Shown here piece by piece: positions 37,084 to 47,891 of a DNA stretch of 64,000 nt. Within the stretch, counting starts at the first letter, position 1. Every line of letters starts with the position of its first letter. Position numbers and translations under genes: made by a program. The notes below the pieces were generated by a model that was not told where the DNA came from, searched no databases, and saw nothing but the letters and a program-made list of their open reading frames with translations. The DNA lies in NCBI RefSeq assembly GCF_024700885.2, contig NZ_CP117016.1. One strand, written 5' to 3'. Origin of the DNA: Escherichia coli (GTDB lineage: Bacteria; Pseudomonadota; Gammaproteobacteria; Enterobacterales; Enterobacteriaceae).

Positions 37084-38517
37084 ATGAATAAGAAATCGTT
37101 ATGGAAGCTAATTCTGATATTAGCGATCCCATGTATTATTGGCTTTATGCCAGCTCCGGCAGGATTAAGCGAACTGGCGTGGGTGCTTTTTGGTATTTAC
37201 CTGGCGGCCATTGTGGGGCTGGTTATCAAGCCTTTCCCGGAACCTGTCGTACTGTTAATTGCCGTTGCTGCCTCAATGGTGGTGGTCGGTAACTTATCCG
37301 ACGGTGCGTTTAAGACCACCGCCGTATTAAGCGGTTACTCTTCAGGTACCACCTGGCTGGTGTTCTCGGCGTTTACCTTAAGCGCCGCATTTGTGACCAC
37401 CGGCTTAGGTAAACGTATAGCCTATCTGCTGATTGGTAAAATTGGTAGCACTACCCTGGGTCTGGGTTACGTTACGGTATTTCTCGATCTGGTACTGGCT
37501 CCGGCAACACCGTCTAACACCGCGCGTGCGGGCGGTATTGTGTTACCGATCATCAACAGCGTGGCGGTGGCTTTGGGGTCCGAACCGGAAAAAAGTCCGC
37601 GTCGTGTCGGACATTACCTGATGATGTCCATTTACATGGTCACCAAAACCACCAGCTATATGTTCTTTACCGCAATGGCGGGGAATATTCTGGCGCTGAA
37701 AATGATCAACGACATTCTGCACCTGCAAATTAGCTGGGGTGGATGGGCGCTGGCCGCTGGATTGCCGGGTATCATTATGCTGCTGGTCACCCCGCTGGTG
37801 ATTTACACCATGTATCCGCCAGAAATTAAGAAGGTGGATAACAAAACCATCGCCAAAGCGGGCCTTGCCGAACTGGGACCGATGAAAATCCGCGAAAAAA
37901 TGCTGCTCGGTGTCTTCGTGCTGGCGCTGCTGGGCTGGATTTTCAGTAAGTCACTGGGGGTTGATGAATCCACCGTGGCAATCGTTGTTATGGCGACTAT
38001 GCTGCTGCTGGGTATCGTTACCTGGGAAGACGTGGTTAAAAATAAAGGCGGCTGGAATACCTTAATCTGGTACGGCGGTATTATCGGCTTAAGCTCCTTA
38101 TTATCGAAAGTTAAATTCTTCGAATGGTTAGCTGAAGTCTTTAAAAATAACCTGGCATTTGATGGTCACGGTAACGTTGCTTTCTTCGTTATTATTTTCC
38201 TCAGCATTATCGTGCGTTATTTCTTCGCTTCCGGTAGTGCCTATATCGTTGCCATGTTACCAGTATTTGCCATGCTGGCGAACGTCTCCGGCGCGCCGTT
38301 AATGTTAACCGCGCTGGCACTGTTGTTCTCTAACTCCTATGGCGGCATGGTTACTCACTATGGCGGCGCGGCAGGTCCGGTCATCTTTGGCGTGGGTTAC
38401 AACGATATTAAATCCTGGTGGTTGGTCGGTGCGGTACTGACGATATTAACCTTCCTGGTGCATATCACCCTCGGCGTGTGGTGGTGGAATATGCTGATCG
38501 GCTGGAACATGCTGTAA
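37084..38517 (+). CDS. ybhI: anion transporter YbhI
   Basis: 477-aa polytopic membrane protein. Confidence 0.85.
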   Translation: MNKKSLWKLILILAIPCIIGFMPAPAGLSELAWVLFGIYLAAIVGLVIKPFPEPVVLLIAVAASMVVVGNLSDGAFKTTAVLSGYSSGTTWLVFSAFTLSAAFVTTGLGKRIAYLLIGKIGSTTLGLGYVTVFLDLVLAPATPSNTARAGGIVLPIINSVAVALGSEPEKSPRRVGHYLMMSIYMVTKTTSYMFFTAMAGNILALKMINDILHLQISWGGWALAAGLPGIIMLLVTPLVIYTMYPPEIKKVDNKTIAKAGLAELGPMKIREKMLLGVFVLALLGWIFSKSLGVDESTVAIVVMATMLLLGIVTWEDVVKNKGGWNTLIWYGGIIGLSSLLSKVKFFEWLAEVFKNNLAFDGHGNVAFFVIIFLSIIVRYFFASGSAYIVAMLPVFAMLANVSGAPLMLTALALLFSNSYGGMVTHYGGAAGPVIFGVGYNDIKSWWLVGAVLTILTFLVHITLGVWWWNMLIGWNML

Positions 38518-38520
38518 ATA

Positions 38521-38640
38521 TACTCGTCATACTTCAAGTTGCATGTGCTGCGTCTGCGTTCGCTCACCCCAGTCACTTACTTATGTAAGCTCCTGGGGAT
38601 TCACTCGCTTGTCGCCTTCCTGCAACTCGAATTATTTAGA
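38521..38640 (-). repeat. ERIC / IRU intergenic repeat element
   Basis: Reverse complement contains GTGAATCCCCAGGAGCTTACATAAGTAAGTGACTGGGGTGAGCG. Confidence 0.7.
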
Positions 38641-38699
38641 GTATATCCATTTATTATCTTTCTGCGCACTTTCCGGTGCGCAGATATCTGGAGCATTTG

Positions 38700-40961
38700 A
38701 TGATCAAGTTATCTGAAAAAAGCGTGTTTCTCGCCAGTAATAACGAAATAATTGCCGAAGAACATTTCACCGGCGAAATTAAAAAAGAAGAAGCAAAAAA
38801 AGGCACTATTGCCTGGTCTATTCTCTCTTCTCATAATACGTCCGGAAATATGGATAAACTTAAAATTAAGTTTGATTCATTAGCCTCTCACGATATTACC
38901 TTTGTTGGTATTGTACAGACCGCTAAAGCGTCCGGTATGGAACGTTTCCCGCTGCCGTATGTGCTGACCAACTGCCATAACTCACTCTGCGCCGTCGGCG
39001 GCACCATTAACGGTGATGACCATGTTTTTGGTTTATCGGCAGCGCAGCGTTATGGCGGTATTTTTGTGCCTCCGCATATTGCGGTCATCCATCAATATAT
39101 GCGTGAGATGATGGCAGGCGGCGGCAAAATGATCCTCGGGTCAGACAGCCACACCCGTTACGGTGCATTAGGGACAATGGCAGTCGGTGAGGGTGGCGGT
39201 GAGTTGGTAAAACAGCTGCTTAATGACACCTGGGATATCGACTATCCGGGCGTGGTTGCGGTGCATTTGACCGGAAAACCTGCGCCGCATGTGGGGCCAC
39301 AGGATGTGGCGCTGGCTATCATCGGTGCCGTGTTCAAAAACGGCTACGTCAAAAACAAAGTGATGGAATTCGTAGGTCCCGGTGTTGCTGCGCTCTCTAC
39401 CGATTTCCGTAACAGCGTTGACGTTATGACCACTGAAACGACCTGTTTAAGTTCTGTCTGGCAAACCGATGAAGAAGTCCATAACTGGCTGGCGCTGCAC
39501 GGTCGCGGCCAGGATTACTGCCAGCTTAACCCTCAACCGATGGCGTACTACGATGGCTGCATCAGCGTTGATTTAAGCGCCATCAAACCAATGATTGCGC
39601 TGCCGTTCCACCCGAGCAACGTATATGAAATCGACACACTGAACCAGAACCTGACCGACATTCTGCGTGAGATTGAAATTGAGTCCGAGCGCGTGGCGCA
39701 CGGTAAAGCCAAACTCTCGCTGCTGGATAAAGTCGAAAACGGTCGCCTGAAAGTGCAGCAGGGGATTATCGCGGGCTGTTCTGGCGGTAACTACGAAAAC
39801 GTCATCGCGGCGGCGAATGCACTGCGCGGTCAATCCTGTGGCAATGACACCTTCTCGCTGGCGGTTTATCCGTCATCACAGCCGGTGTTTATGGATCTCG
39901 CCAAAAAAGGTGTGGTAGCAGATTTGATTGGCGCAGGCGCAATCATCAGAACCGCGTTCTGCGGCCCATGCTTTGGCGCGGGCGATACGCCAATCAACAA
40001 CGGTTTGAGCATTCGCCACACCACGCGTAACTTCCCGAACCGCGAAGGCTCTAAGCCAGCCAATGGGCAGATGTCAGCGGTGGCGTTGATGGACGCTCGT
40101 TCTATCGCTGCGACTGCGGCAAACGGTGGCTATTTAACTTCTGCCAGCGAACTCGATTGCTGGGACAACGTGCCGGAGTACGCCTTCGATGTAACGCCGT
40201 ATAAAAACCGTGTTTATCAGGGCTTTGTGAAAGGGGCAACTCAGCAACCGCTGATTTACGGACCGAACATTAAAGACTGGCCGGAATTAGGTGCGCTGAC
40301 TGACAATATCGTCCTCAAAGTGTGCTCGAAGATCCTCGACGAAGTGACCACCACCGACGAACTGATCCCTTCCGGTGAAACCTCTTCTTATCGTTCAAAT
40401 CCGATTGGTCTGGCGGAGTTTACCCTGTCACGCCGCGATCCAGGTTATGTTGGCAGAAGTAAAGCGACTGCTGAGCTGGAAAATCAGCGTCTGGCGGGGA
40501 ATGTCAGCGAGCTGACAGAGGTGTTTGCGCGCATTAAGCAGATTGCTGGTCAGGAGCATATTGATCCGCTGCAAACTGAAATTGGCAGCATGGTCTATGC
40601 GGTGAAACCAGGCGATGGTTCTGCGCGTGAGCAGGCGGCGAGCTGCCAGCGTGTGATTGGCGGTCTGGCGAATATTGCCGAGGAGTACGCGACTAAACGC
40701 TACCGTTCTAACGTCATCAACTGGGGGATGTTACCGCTGCAAATGGCGGAAGCACCGAACTTTGACGTAGGTGATTACATTTACATCCCAGGCATTAAAG
40801 CGGCGCTGGATAATCCGGGTACGACGTTTAAAGGTTATGTGATCCATGAAGATGCGCCAGTAACAGAGATTACGCTCTATATGGAAAGTCTGACTGCTGA
40901 AGAGCGCGAGATTATCAAGGCGGGTAGTTTGATTAACTTCAATAAAAACCGTCAGATGTAA
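38700..40961 (+). CDS. ybhJ: aconitase-family protein YbhJ
   Basis: 753-aa protein starting [11 protein letters not shown]. Confidence 0.85.
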   Translation: MIKLSEKSVFLASNNEIIAEEHFTGEIKKEEAKKGTIAWSILSSHNTSGNMDKLKIKFDSLASHDITFVGIVQTAKASGMERFPLPYVLTNCHNSLCAVGGTINGDDHVFGLSAAQRYGGIFVPPHIAVIHQYMREMMAGGGKMILGSDSHTRYGALGTMAVGEGGGELVKQLLNDTWDIDYPGVVAVHLTGKPAPHVGPQDVALAIIGAVFKNGYVKNKVMEFVGPGVAALSTDFRNSVDVMTTETTCLSSVWQTDEEVHNWLALHGRGQDYCQLNPQPMAYYDGCISVDLSAIKPMIALPFHPSNVYEIDTLNQNLTDILREIEIESERVAHGKAKLSLLDKVENGRLKVQQGIIAGCSGGNYENVIAAANALRGQSCGNDTFSLAVYPSSQPVFMDLAKKGVVADLIGAGAIIRTAFCGPCFGAGDTPINNGLSIRHTTRNFPNREGSKPANGQMSAVALMDARSIAATAANGGYLTSASELDCWDNVPEYAFDVTPYKNRVYQGFVKGATQQPLIYGPNIKDWPELGALTDNIVLKVCSKILDEVTTTDELIPSGETSSYRSNPIGLAEFTLSRRDPGYVGRSKATAELENQRLAGNVSELTEVFARIKQIAGQEHIDPLQTEIGSMVYAVKPGDGSAREQAASCQRVIGGLANIAEEYATKRYRSNVINWGMLPLQMAEAPNFDVGDYIYIPGIKAALDNPGTTFKGYVIHEDAPVTEITLYMESLTAEEREIIKAGSLINFNKNRQM

Positions 40962-40987
40962 AAAAAGGCGCTATGAAATATAGCGCC
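40961..40987 (-). terminator. rho-independent terminator for ybhC
   Basis: A-run followed by hairpin GGCGCTAT-GAAA-TATAGCGCC on the + strand. Confidence 0.6.
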
Positions 40988-40999
40988 CAGTTTCATTAA

Positions 41000-41031
41000 C
41001 CCGATGGTTCAGACTATCGGGTTTTCTTTTT
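41000..41031 (+). terminator. rho-independent terminator for ybhJ
   Basis: Hairpin CCCGAT...ATCGGG followed by TTTTCTTTTTT. Confidence 0.6.
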
Positions 41032-42314
41032 TACTTCTTCGCCTCTGCAACCACTTTGCTACCCACGCCGCGGTTATTGTATTCCCACATGCGGTTGTAG
41101 TTAGTGTCATTCAGATTGCGTTGTATTTCGTCGCTATCGTCAACGCTGCCGGTGTTACCTGCGAATGGACGATTGGAAATCACCGCATCGGCCCACGGTT
41201 TCGCCGTGTTAAAACCTTCGTTGATGGCGCTATCACGGATCACCACCTGACCGTTGGTATTGGCATCAACATCCAGCGAGCGGCCCAGTTGCGCCACGCC
41301 ATCACCGGAAGCATTGAAACGGCTGTTTACGGCGAGGAAACCGTAATAGATGTTAGACAGCGTAGCCGGTGCAAACACATACGCTTCTTGCTGAGTACGT
41401 GAGTTCACCACGCGGAATTCGGTATTATCGAACACCACTGCGCCGCGACCAGAAACGATATCCACATCCCCTTCAATATAGCTGTTGGTCACCAGAGTAC
41501 GCGGCTGACGGTTGGTTTCCAGACGGTTTTGCACACCACTGTTGGTGACAAAGAAGGTATTCTGACGACCGAGAATGTTGACGTTATTGATCTGCACTTT
41601 GTCGCCATCAGTACGCAGTGCCACCGCCGGATGGTTACCCGCATCTACGCTATCGCCCAGCGTGTTTTCGATGGTCAGGTTTTGCAGTTGCAGGCCATTG
41701 TTTTGTGACCAGAAGACCGCAGAGCAGAGAACGCCGATACTGTCGCTGCGTTTGCTCTGGCAGCTATCGTACATATACCACGCTGGTTTACCTGGCATAT
41801 ATTTGCCGCGCGGGTTGACGTCATGACGCCAGTCGGCAGGGCTCATGCCCCCATCAAGGGAAAGCCCAATCTTCACATCAATCGGTTTTTCACCTGTACC
41901 GTACAGAGTAATTCCACCCGGAGCGGCAGGGACATATACCGTTCCCTGATACTCACCAGGCATCACGGCAATATACTGGCGCTTGTTGGTGCGCTTGATA
42001 ATTGCCGCATCTACCGCCGCCTGAATCGTGGTATGCGTTACACCTTGAGTACCCGCCGGGCCGACAACAAAGTCAGGTTGCGCAGGCAGGGTAATCGGGG
42101 AAGGATTCCACGCTGCCGCACCTGGTGTCAGGGATGCAAAATAGTGTTGAGCATCGAAATTCTGCGCTTCTTTTGCCGACAGAATCGGGCGAGAAGAGGT
42201 ACCAGGCGCGGTTTGATCAGAAGGACGTTGATCGGGCGGTGTTGAGCTACAGGCGGTCAGCGTCACGCCAAAAGCCAATGCCAGCGCCAGACGGGAAACT
42301 GAAAATGTGTTCAC
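41031..42314 (-). CDS. ybhC: outer-membrane lipoprotein YbhC, pectinesterase-like
   Basis: 427-aa protein with lipobox (LTAC), recognised. Confidence 0.9.
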   Translation of the reverse strand: MNTFSVSRLALALAFGVTLTACSSTPPDQRPSDQTAPGTSSRPILSAKEAQNFDAQHYFASLTPGAAAWNPSPITLPAQPDFVVGPAGTQGVTHTTIQAAVDAAIIKRTNKRQYIAVMPGEYQGTVYVPAAPGGITLYGTGEKPIDVKIGLSLDGGMSPADWRHDVNPRGKYMPGKPAWYMYDSCQSKRSDSIGVLCSAVFWSQNNGLQLQNLTIENTLGDSVDAGNHPAVALRTDGDKVQINNVNILGRQNTFFVTNSGVQNRLETNRQPRTLVTNSYIEGDVDIVSGRGAVVFDNTEFRVVNSRTQQEAYVFAPATLSNIYYGFLAVNSRFNASGDGVAQLGRSLDVDANTNGQVVIRDSAINEGFNTAKPWADAVISNRPFAGNTGSVDDSDEIQRNLNDTNYNRMWEYNNRGVGSKVVAEAKK

Positions 42315-42360
42315 AGGTTGCTCCGGGCTATGAAATAGAAAAATGAATCCGTTGAAGCCT

Positions 42361-42375
42361 GCTTTTTTATACTAA
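42361..42375. other. attL: prophage attL core (lambda att core GCTTTTTTATACTAA) followed by P' arm
   Basis: Exact lambda core next to ybhC, followed by lambda P' arm sequence GTTGGCATTATAAAAAAGCATTGCTTATCAATTTGTTGCAACGAACAGGTCACTATCAGTCAAAATAAAATCATTATTTG. Confidence 0.9.
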
Positions 42376-42448
42376 GTTGGCATTATAAAAAAGCATTGCT
42401 TATCAATTTGTTGCAACGAACAGGTCACTATCAGTCAAAATAAAATCA

Positions 42449-43519
42449 TTATTTGATTTCAATTTTGTCCCACTCCCTGCCTCTGTCATCACGATACTGT
42501 GATGCCATGGTGTCCGACTTATGCCCGAGAAGATGTTGAGCAAACTTATCGCTTATCTGCTTCTCATAGAGTCTTGCAGACAAACTGCGCAACTCGTGAA
42601 AGGTTGGCGGATCCCCTTCGAAGGAAAGACCTGATGCTTTTCGTGCGCGCATAAAATACCTTGATACTGTGCCGGATGAAAGCGGTTCACGACGAGTAGA
42701 TGCAATTATGGTTTCTCCGCCAAGAATCTCTTTGCATTTACCAAGTGTTTCCTTCATTGATATCCCGAGAGCATCAACATGCAATGTTGTAGGGATGGCA
42801 ATTTTTACGCCTGTTTTGCTTTGCTCGACATAAAGATATCCATCTACGATATCAGACCACTTCATTTCGCATAAATCACCAACTCGCTGCCCGGTAACAA
42901 CAGCCAGTTCCATTGCAAGTCTGAGCCAACATGGTGATGATTCTGCTGCTTGATAAATTTTCAGGTATTCGTCAGCCGTAAGTCTTGATCTCCTTACCTC
43001 TGATTTTGCTGCGCGAGTGGCAGCGACCGGGTTTGTTGTTATATGGCCTTCAGCTATTGCCTCTCGGAATGCATCGCTCAGTGTTGATCTGATTAACTTG
43101 GCTGACGCCGCCTTGCCCTCGTCTATGTATCCATTGAGCATTGCCGCAATTTCTTTTGTGGTGATGTCTTCAAGTGAAACATCAGGCAGACCCCTCCTTA
43201 TTGCTTTAATTTTGCTCATGTAATTTATGAGTGTCTTCTGCTTGATTCCTCTGCTGGCGAGGATTTTTTCGTAGCGATCAAGCCATGAATGTAACGTAAC
43301 AGAATTATCACTGTTGATTCTCGCTGTCAGAGGCTTGTGTTTGTGTCCTGAAAATAACTCAATATTGGCCTGTATTGCTTCAGTAATTGCTATCCTCCTG
43401 TCTCTGCCTAATCCGAACTCTTTACCCGTCCTTGGGTCCCTGTAGCAGTAATATCCATTGTTTCTTATATAAAGGTTAGGGGGTAAATCCCGGCGCTCAT
43501 GACTTCGCCTTCTTCCCAT
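42449..43519 (-). CDS. int: lambda-type integrase (tyrosine recombinase)
   Basis: 356-aa protein MGRRRSHERRDLPPNLYIRNNGYYCYRDPRTGKEFGLG, recognised as lambda Int. Confidence 0.95.
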   Translation of the reverse strand: MGRRRSHERRDLPPNLYIRNNGYYCYRDPRTGKEFGLGRDRRIAITEAIQANIELFSGHKHKPLTARINSDNSVTLHSWLDRYEKILASRGIKQKTLINYMSKIKAIRRGLPDVSLEDITTKEIAAMLNGYIDEGKAASAKLIRSTLSDAFREAIAEGHITTNPVAATRAAKSEVRRSRLTADEYLKIYQAAESSPCWLRLAMELAVVTGQRVGDLCEMKWSDIVDGYLYVEQSKTGVKIAIPTTLHVDALGISMKETLGKCKEILGGETIIASTRREPLSSGTVSRYFMRARKASGLSFEGDPPTFHELRSLSARLYEKQISDKFAQHLLGHKSDTMASQYRDDRGREWDKIEIK

Positions 43520-43715
43520 TTCTGATCCTCTTCAAAAGGCTACCTGTTACTGGTCGATTTAAGTCAACCTTTACCGCTGATTCGTGGAACAGATACTCTC
43601 TTCCATCCTTAACCGGAGGAGGGAATATCCTGCATTCGCGCACCCATCGACGAACTGTTTCAAGGCTTCTTGGGCGTCGCTGGCGTGCGTTCCACTCCTG
43701 AAGTGTCAAGTACAT
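43497..43715 (-). CDS. xis: lambda-type excisionase
   Basis: 72-aa protein MYLTLQEWNARQRRPRSLETVRRWVRECRIFPPP, recognised as lambda Xis; overlaps int. Confidence 0.9.
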   Translation of the reverse strand: MYLTLQEWNARQRRPRSLETVRRWVRECRIFPPPVKDGREYLFHESAVKVDLNRPVTGSLLKRIRNGKKAKS

Positions 43716-43754
43716 CGCAAAGTCTCCGCAATTACACGCAAGAAAAAGCCGCCA

Positions 43755-43922
43755 TCAGGCGGATTGGTGTTCTTTCAGTTCTTCAATTCGAATATTGGTT
43801 ACGTCTGCATGCGCTATCTGCGCCCATATCATCCAGTGGTTATAGCAGTCGTTGATGTCCTCTGCTTCGATAACCCTGTCGAATGGCTCTCCATTCCATT
43901 CACCTGTGACTCGGAAGTGCAT
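43755..43922 (-). CDS. small hypothetical protein (55 aa), xis-proximal
   Basis: ORF with GGAG ribosome-binding site; MHFRVTGEWNGEPFDRVIEAEDINDCYNHWMIWAQIAHADVTNIRIEELKEHQSA. Confidence 0.4.
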   Translation of the reverse strand: MHFRVTGEWNGEPFDRVIEAEDINDCYNHWMIWAQIAHADVTNIRIEELKEHQSA

Positions 43923-44040
43923 TTATCATCTCCATAAAACAAAACTCGCCGTAGCGAGTTCAGATAAAAGAAATCCCCGCGAGTTCGAGGATTGTTATTC
44001 ATTGCCGATATTCACCTTTATCGCGAACACCTTTACCGGT

Positions 44041-44283
44041 TTATCTCCTTTGCATAGCACGTAATTTTTTCAGATGGTTCTCCTGTTCTGTTTCAGCCAG
44101 GATCTGGTGATATTCTCTGTGATCAATGTGTTCGAATAAATTATTGAATTTTCTGATGCACACTCTTCCAGGATAGCCATCCATCCTCTTGAAGAATACT
44201 GAGTGATCAGTACTACGAATGATTTTTACTGGATAGCCAGCGCTATCGGTGTATATCTGACCACGTTGAATCAGAGAGAACAT
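44041..44283 (-). CDS. hypothetical phage protein (80 aa)
   Basis: ORF in early-left operon orientation. Confidence 0.45.
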   Translation of the reverse strand: MFSLIQRGQIYTDSAGYPVKIIRSTDHSVFFKRMDGYPGRVCIRKFNNLFEHIDHREYHQILAETEQENHLKKLRAMQRR

Positions 44284-44349
44284 TCGTTTATCCCCAGATA
44301 AAAATATAGCAATACCAATTACATAAAATACTTCAGGCCAAGCATCATT

Positions 44350-45006
44350 TCACCCCTGGGGCGGTTCTGGTAGCGGCATCCAGTGGGTTACCTCCATGCG
44401 GCACCCATCATCCGACGTAAACCACGAACGATCGTCCGCACTGAACCAGCCAATCCGGATATAACCCCACACATCGAAGAAAAGTACGTCGTGATTATTA
44501 TCCGGCATTCGATCACTACAGCTTATCCAACCATCAGGAGTTACCGGAGAGTTGCCACCGGGAATATTTTCCGGAATATTTTGTTGTGCGTTTTGTGGTT
44601 GTTCGGATTTACCCTGAAGCATGGCGGCGCGGCAGGCGTTCCAGCCAGCTGTTCGCCCAAGCGCGTAAACTTCAGATGGCTCAAGATAATCAATGTCATG
44701 CCCATCCTCATCGTCGTTCTCAGGTAATGCAGCAGGTACTACCGGTACTGGCGGAGCGGCGTAGACTTCAATAATCCCATTATCAATAGGCCATTCCCCA
44801 TCCTTGATGTAGTCACTTGTGCCGTCAACTTGCTGTTCTGCAATGTGGAATGCGCCAATAGGCTCTGCTTCCAGCGATGCCAGTGCAATACGCAGGGCAG
44901 CCAGGATATTCCCCTGGTAATCATCAAGCCCGAAAGGAAGCTCATCACGAATGCTTTCATAATCGTTGATAGCCTGCTGCAGCCATTCTCTTGTGATAGT
45001 GCTCAT
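44350..45006 (-). CDS. DUF551-like phage protein
   Basis: 218 aa; C-terminal WFSADDRSWFTSDDGCRMEVTHWMPLPEPP resembles the DUF551 family common in lambdoid early regions. Confidence 0.5.
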   Translation of the reverse strand: MSTITREWLQQAINDYESIRDELPFGLDDYQGNILAALRIALASLEAEPIGAFHIAEQQVDGTSDYIKDGEWPIDNGIIEVYAAPPVPVVPAALPENDDEDGHDIDYLEPSEVYALGRTAGWNACRAAMLQGKSEQPQNAQQNIPENIPGGNSPVTPDGWISCSDRMPDNNHDVLFFDVWGYIRIGWFSADDRSWFTSDDGCRMEVTHWMPLPEPPQG

Positions 45007-45671
45007 GATGCCTCTCCTTTACATGCTTCGGTGACGTTTATTCCAGCGTTGTGCAGTGCCTCAAGAACCTGATGCTGCCTGTAAACCATTTCAGTGTGGT
45101 AAGGCTCGTCAAAATCGACGCGATGCAACATGCTATAGCATTGCGGAAGCACAACCTCCCGCAACTCCAGCTCAGCAATGCGCTTCTCTGCGGCTTCCAG
45201 CTTCTCGCGCATATCGTCAACGTACTCGACCAGAGATCCGCCAGCAGGAATTTCGCACTCCTCGACCAGTTGGAAGTAGATATCAGCTGCGGCCCGTGTG
45301 TTGCTATGCCTAGCGTCGCCCATCTCACCTTCACGAAGAGCACCGCGTTCGGCGGTAAGATTGGCTATTTTGCTGTCTTTGCCTTCAAGCTCAACGCGCA
45401 GCTTCCCTACCGTTAGCGCAATATCCTCGTTCTCCTGGTCACGGCGTTTGATGTATTGCTGGTTTCTTTCCCGTTCATCCAGTAGTGCCAGCACGGTTTC
45501 TGGTCCGGCCAGAAATTTGAAGGCGTTGAGCGCATCAATATCCACACCGTAATCTTTAAGTTCCTGTTCACTTAACAAATCATCATCAGCTGGCAACATT
45601 AACAGGCGTTCCATTGCTGGAATTGCACGTTTCGCCGCCTCACGCAGTGCCTGATAGTCAATCTTGCTCAC
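45003..45671 (-). CDS. coiled-coil phage protein, paralog A
   Basis: 222 aa; shares N-terminal IDYQALREAA motif with next gene; start overlaps upstream stop. Confidence 0.5.
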   Translation of the reverse strand: MSKIDYQALREAAKRAIPAMERLLMLPADDDLLSEQELKDYGVDIDALNAFKFLAGPETVLALLDERERNQQYIKRRDQENEDIALTVGKLRVELEGKDSKIANLTAERGALREGEMGDARHSNTRAAADIYFQLVEECEIPAGGSLVEYVDDMREKLEAAEKRIAELELREVVLPQCYSMLHRVDFDEPYHTEMVYRQHQVLEALHNAGINVTEACKGEAS

Positions 45672-46264
45672 TGGTTGCCTCCTTTTCGAAGCTGGGCGGC
45701 GATATCTTCGAGAACGCCATCAGAGAATGAGCGGTCAAAATCGCCTTCCGGCGCATTAGCCATAAACTCAGTAGAGGTAAGAATCATCCGGGCAATATCC
45801 GCGGCGTTCTTCGCAGTATCATCAATAAAACCAGCTTCCCAGGCAGCCAGCATTCTGTTCGCCACAAAATAAGCGCCTTCCTTGCGTGCTTCAGTCTTCA
45901 CTTCAGCTAGAAAAGCATCGGTAGCTGGAGTTTCGCTGTGGTGCAGGGCATCGTTGATAATCATTGCAGCAACTCCGGCCTGCCCTGCATCCGTGACCGA
46001 CACATGCTCAAGAGTTACGGCCATTGCGTGTTTCAGCCCGGCGTTCTCTGCCACCAGCGCCGCGAGATTAGTCTCAAGCTCTGCAATACGGCACATAGCA
46101 TCAATATTTGTGTCTTCCAGCCGCTTAATTTCATCCAGTAGAGCCAGTGCCACCGATGGCGTGAACGCCATACGAAACGCCACAAAATTTTGATGCATAG
46201 GTTCTGTTTCTACTGCAACTGCCGCATCTCGCAGTGCCTGATAGTCAATTGTCATTCTCGCCAT
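45668..46264 (-). CDS. coiled-coil phage protein, paralog B
   Basis: 198 aa; N-terminal [14 protein letters not shown]. Confidence 0.5.
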   Translation of the reverse strand: MARMTIDYQALRDAAVAVETEPMHQNFVAFRMAFTPSVALALLDEIKRLEDTNIDAMCRIAELETNLAALVAENAGLKHAMAVTLEHVSVTDAGQAGVAAMIINDALHHSETPATDAFLAEVKTEARKEGAYFVANRMLAAWEAGFIDDTAKNAADIARMILTSTEFMANAPEGDFDRSFSDGVLEDIAAQLRKGGNQ

Positions 46265-46917
46265 CCTTCACAGTTGTAATCACGACAGCCTTCAAAATCA
46301 TATGGGCTGTACTGCCAGGTAATTTTTCCGCAATGCGGACAATTCCAACGCACCTTCCCGCTTCGCGACTTCTTTCTTCTGTTCTGCTTTTTCAACCAGT
46401 CAGGCATGACCAAACCTGCGCCCTGAACCATTGTTCTGCGGTTAAAGTTATTGATATTGAACGTCCGGCGCTTTGCTGAATCAGCAATGGAAAATGGCAA
46501 CCAAACTATTCCTGGTTCGTTTTTGTTGGCGACGCTAAAGATGGTCGCTTTACTGAAGTCATCTGTTGGCAATCCACCGTGTTGAAGCCAGTAAACATCG
46601 TTGCCGTTCCAGCTACCTTTTTTGTAGGCCACATACGCAGTGCAATCTGACTCAATCAGGCTTTCTGTAGGGATGTACTGGCAATCAACGTGCCACACTG
46701 CCATTGCATCCACGCTATCCGCGCAAACAGGCTGATCGATATCTCGCCCACAATTCCAGGCTTTTTGGGCTTCTTCCAGCGTGTAAACATGAGCGCGATC
46801 GATATCAGAACTGTAACCATTGCCGTTATGGCAATGGAATGAAGCGTTATTGCCCACAGTTTCACGCGAGCACATCATGTAAAAACGGTTAGTCACTGGC
46901 TGCCTCCTTTGCGCCAC
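46252..46917 (-). CDS. hypothetical phage protein with C-terminal Cys-rich zinc-ribbon-like motif
   Basis: 221-aa ORF (GTG start; ATG alternatives at 46878/46875); CPHCG...C...C at C-terminus. Confidence 0.5.
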   Translation of the reverse strand: MAQRRQPVTNRFYMMCSRETVGNNASFHCHNGNGYSSDIDRAHVYTLEEAQKAWNCGRDIDQPVCADSVDAMAVWHVDCQYIPTESLIESDCTAYVAYKKGSWNGNDVYWLQHGGLPTDDFSKATIFSVANKNEPGIVWLPFSIADSAKRRTFNINNFNRRTMVQGAGLVMPDWLKKQNRRKKSRSGKVRWNCPHCGKITWQYSPYDFEGCRDYNCEGWRE

Positions 46918-47076
46918 ATCGCATTCAGATATTTGTTTTCATTCACTGATGGAAAAGAATTTCTCTTAAGTAATTCCTCTCTCGATGGCATTGGCTTTAC
47001 GCGTTGGCGAATAATCATTTCTGCCGGAAGAATGCCGGGATTGTATGCAAGTCCTCTCATGGTAAATTACTCTTTG

Positions 47077-47391
47077 TTAATTTATTTGTATGCCTGCTCT
47101 TTCTTCATCGAGTTTTTTTAGCTTGTATCGCATAGCTCTTACTGAATAAATTGAGCGGCAGGTTGCAATTGCTATTTCTTCTGCGGAGAACTTACCGAAA
47201 AGTGATACTTCGGCTCTTGTCCATCGTCTTCCACGAAGTCGGCTAACAATGTCAGCGCCAATCCTTGTTGCTTTCGCCATTACTGCTTTTTCAGTCCTTT
47301 CCAGTTTTTCAGCGATAACTTCAACTGGCATTGTCGCCGCCACTTCGCGCAAGAAATCGACTTCCCATTTCTCCCATGGAGTCTTTTTCAT
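47077..47391 (-). CDS. hypothetical phage protein (104 aa)
   Basis: Basic protein in early-left operon. Confidence 0.45.
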   Translation of the reverse strand: MKKTPWEKWEVDFLREVAATMPVEVIAEKLERTEKAVMAKATRIGADIVSRLRGRRWTRAEVSLFGKFSAEEIAIATCRSIYSVRAMRYKLKKLDEERAGIQIN

Positions 47392-47402
47392 AGGCGATAC
47401 CG

Positions 47403-47891
47403 TTATTTGATAAGAAGTGAAGGTTTCCCAACTTTGAGTTGAGCACCGGGGATATTTATTCCTGCTTTTAGTTGGTGTTTGATTGCCAGTTTGTCGGCTT
47501 TAATTGTCGTTTCAAACTCAACGTATTCAGGAGGAAGGGTGCTTGAGTCGATGATTTCTACAGTTTCTGACGGTTTGCGGATTGTTACCTGGTGAATACC
47601 TGCTCGAATCTTTTTCTTGCCAACCATTTCAAGCGATGACGCTATATACGCCATAATGCTGTCAATCTTATTTTGAATTACTGCGGCTCGCTCATTTAGT
47701 GACTTTGCCTCGTCCTTGAGGCGTTCAGCATAACCAGATTCATTTTTAATAATGGCAAGAAGTTGCTCTATTTTATCGGTAAATTCTCCTTCCATGCCTT
47801 CTATTGTGTCAGCAATCATCTCTGGCTCTAAATCTGAATCCATCAATTTTGCGTATTCATTGGCTATTTCATATAGTTTGCTCACTGGCAA
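47403..47891 (-). CDS. Gp157-like recombination accessory protein
   Basis: 162-aa coiled-coil protein immediately downstream of and overlapping recT; assignment to the Gp157 family is from memory. Confidence 0.45.
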   Translation of the reverse strand: MPVSKLYEIANEYAKLMDSDLEPEMIADTIEGMEGEFTDKIEQLLAIIKNESGYAERLKDEAKSLNERAAVIQNKIDSIMAYIASSLEMVGKKKIRAGIHQVTIRKPSETVEIIDSSTLPPEYVEFETTIKADKLAIKHQLKAGINIPGAQLKVGKPSLLIK

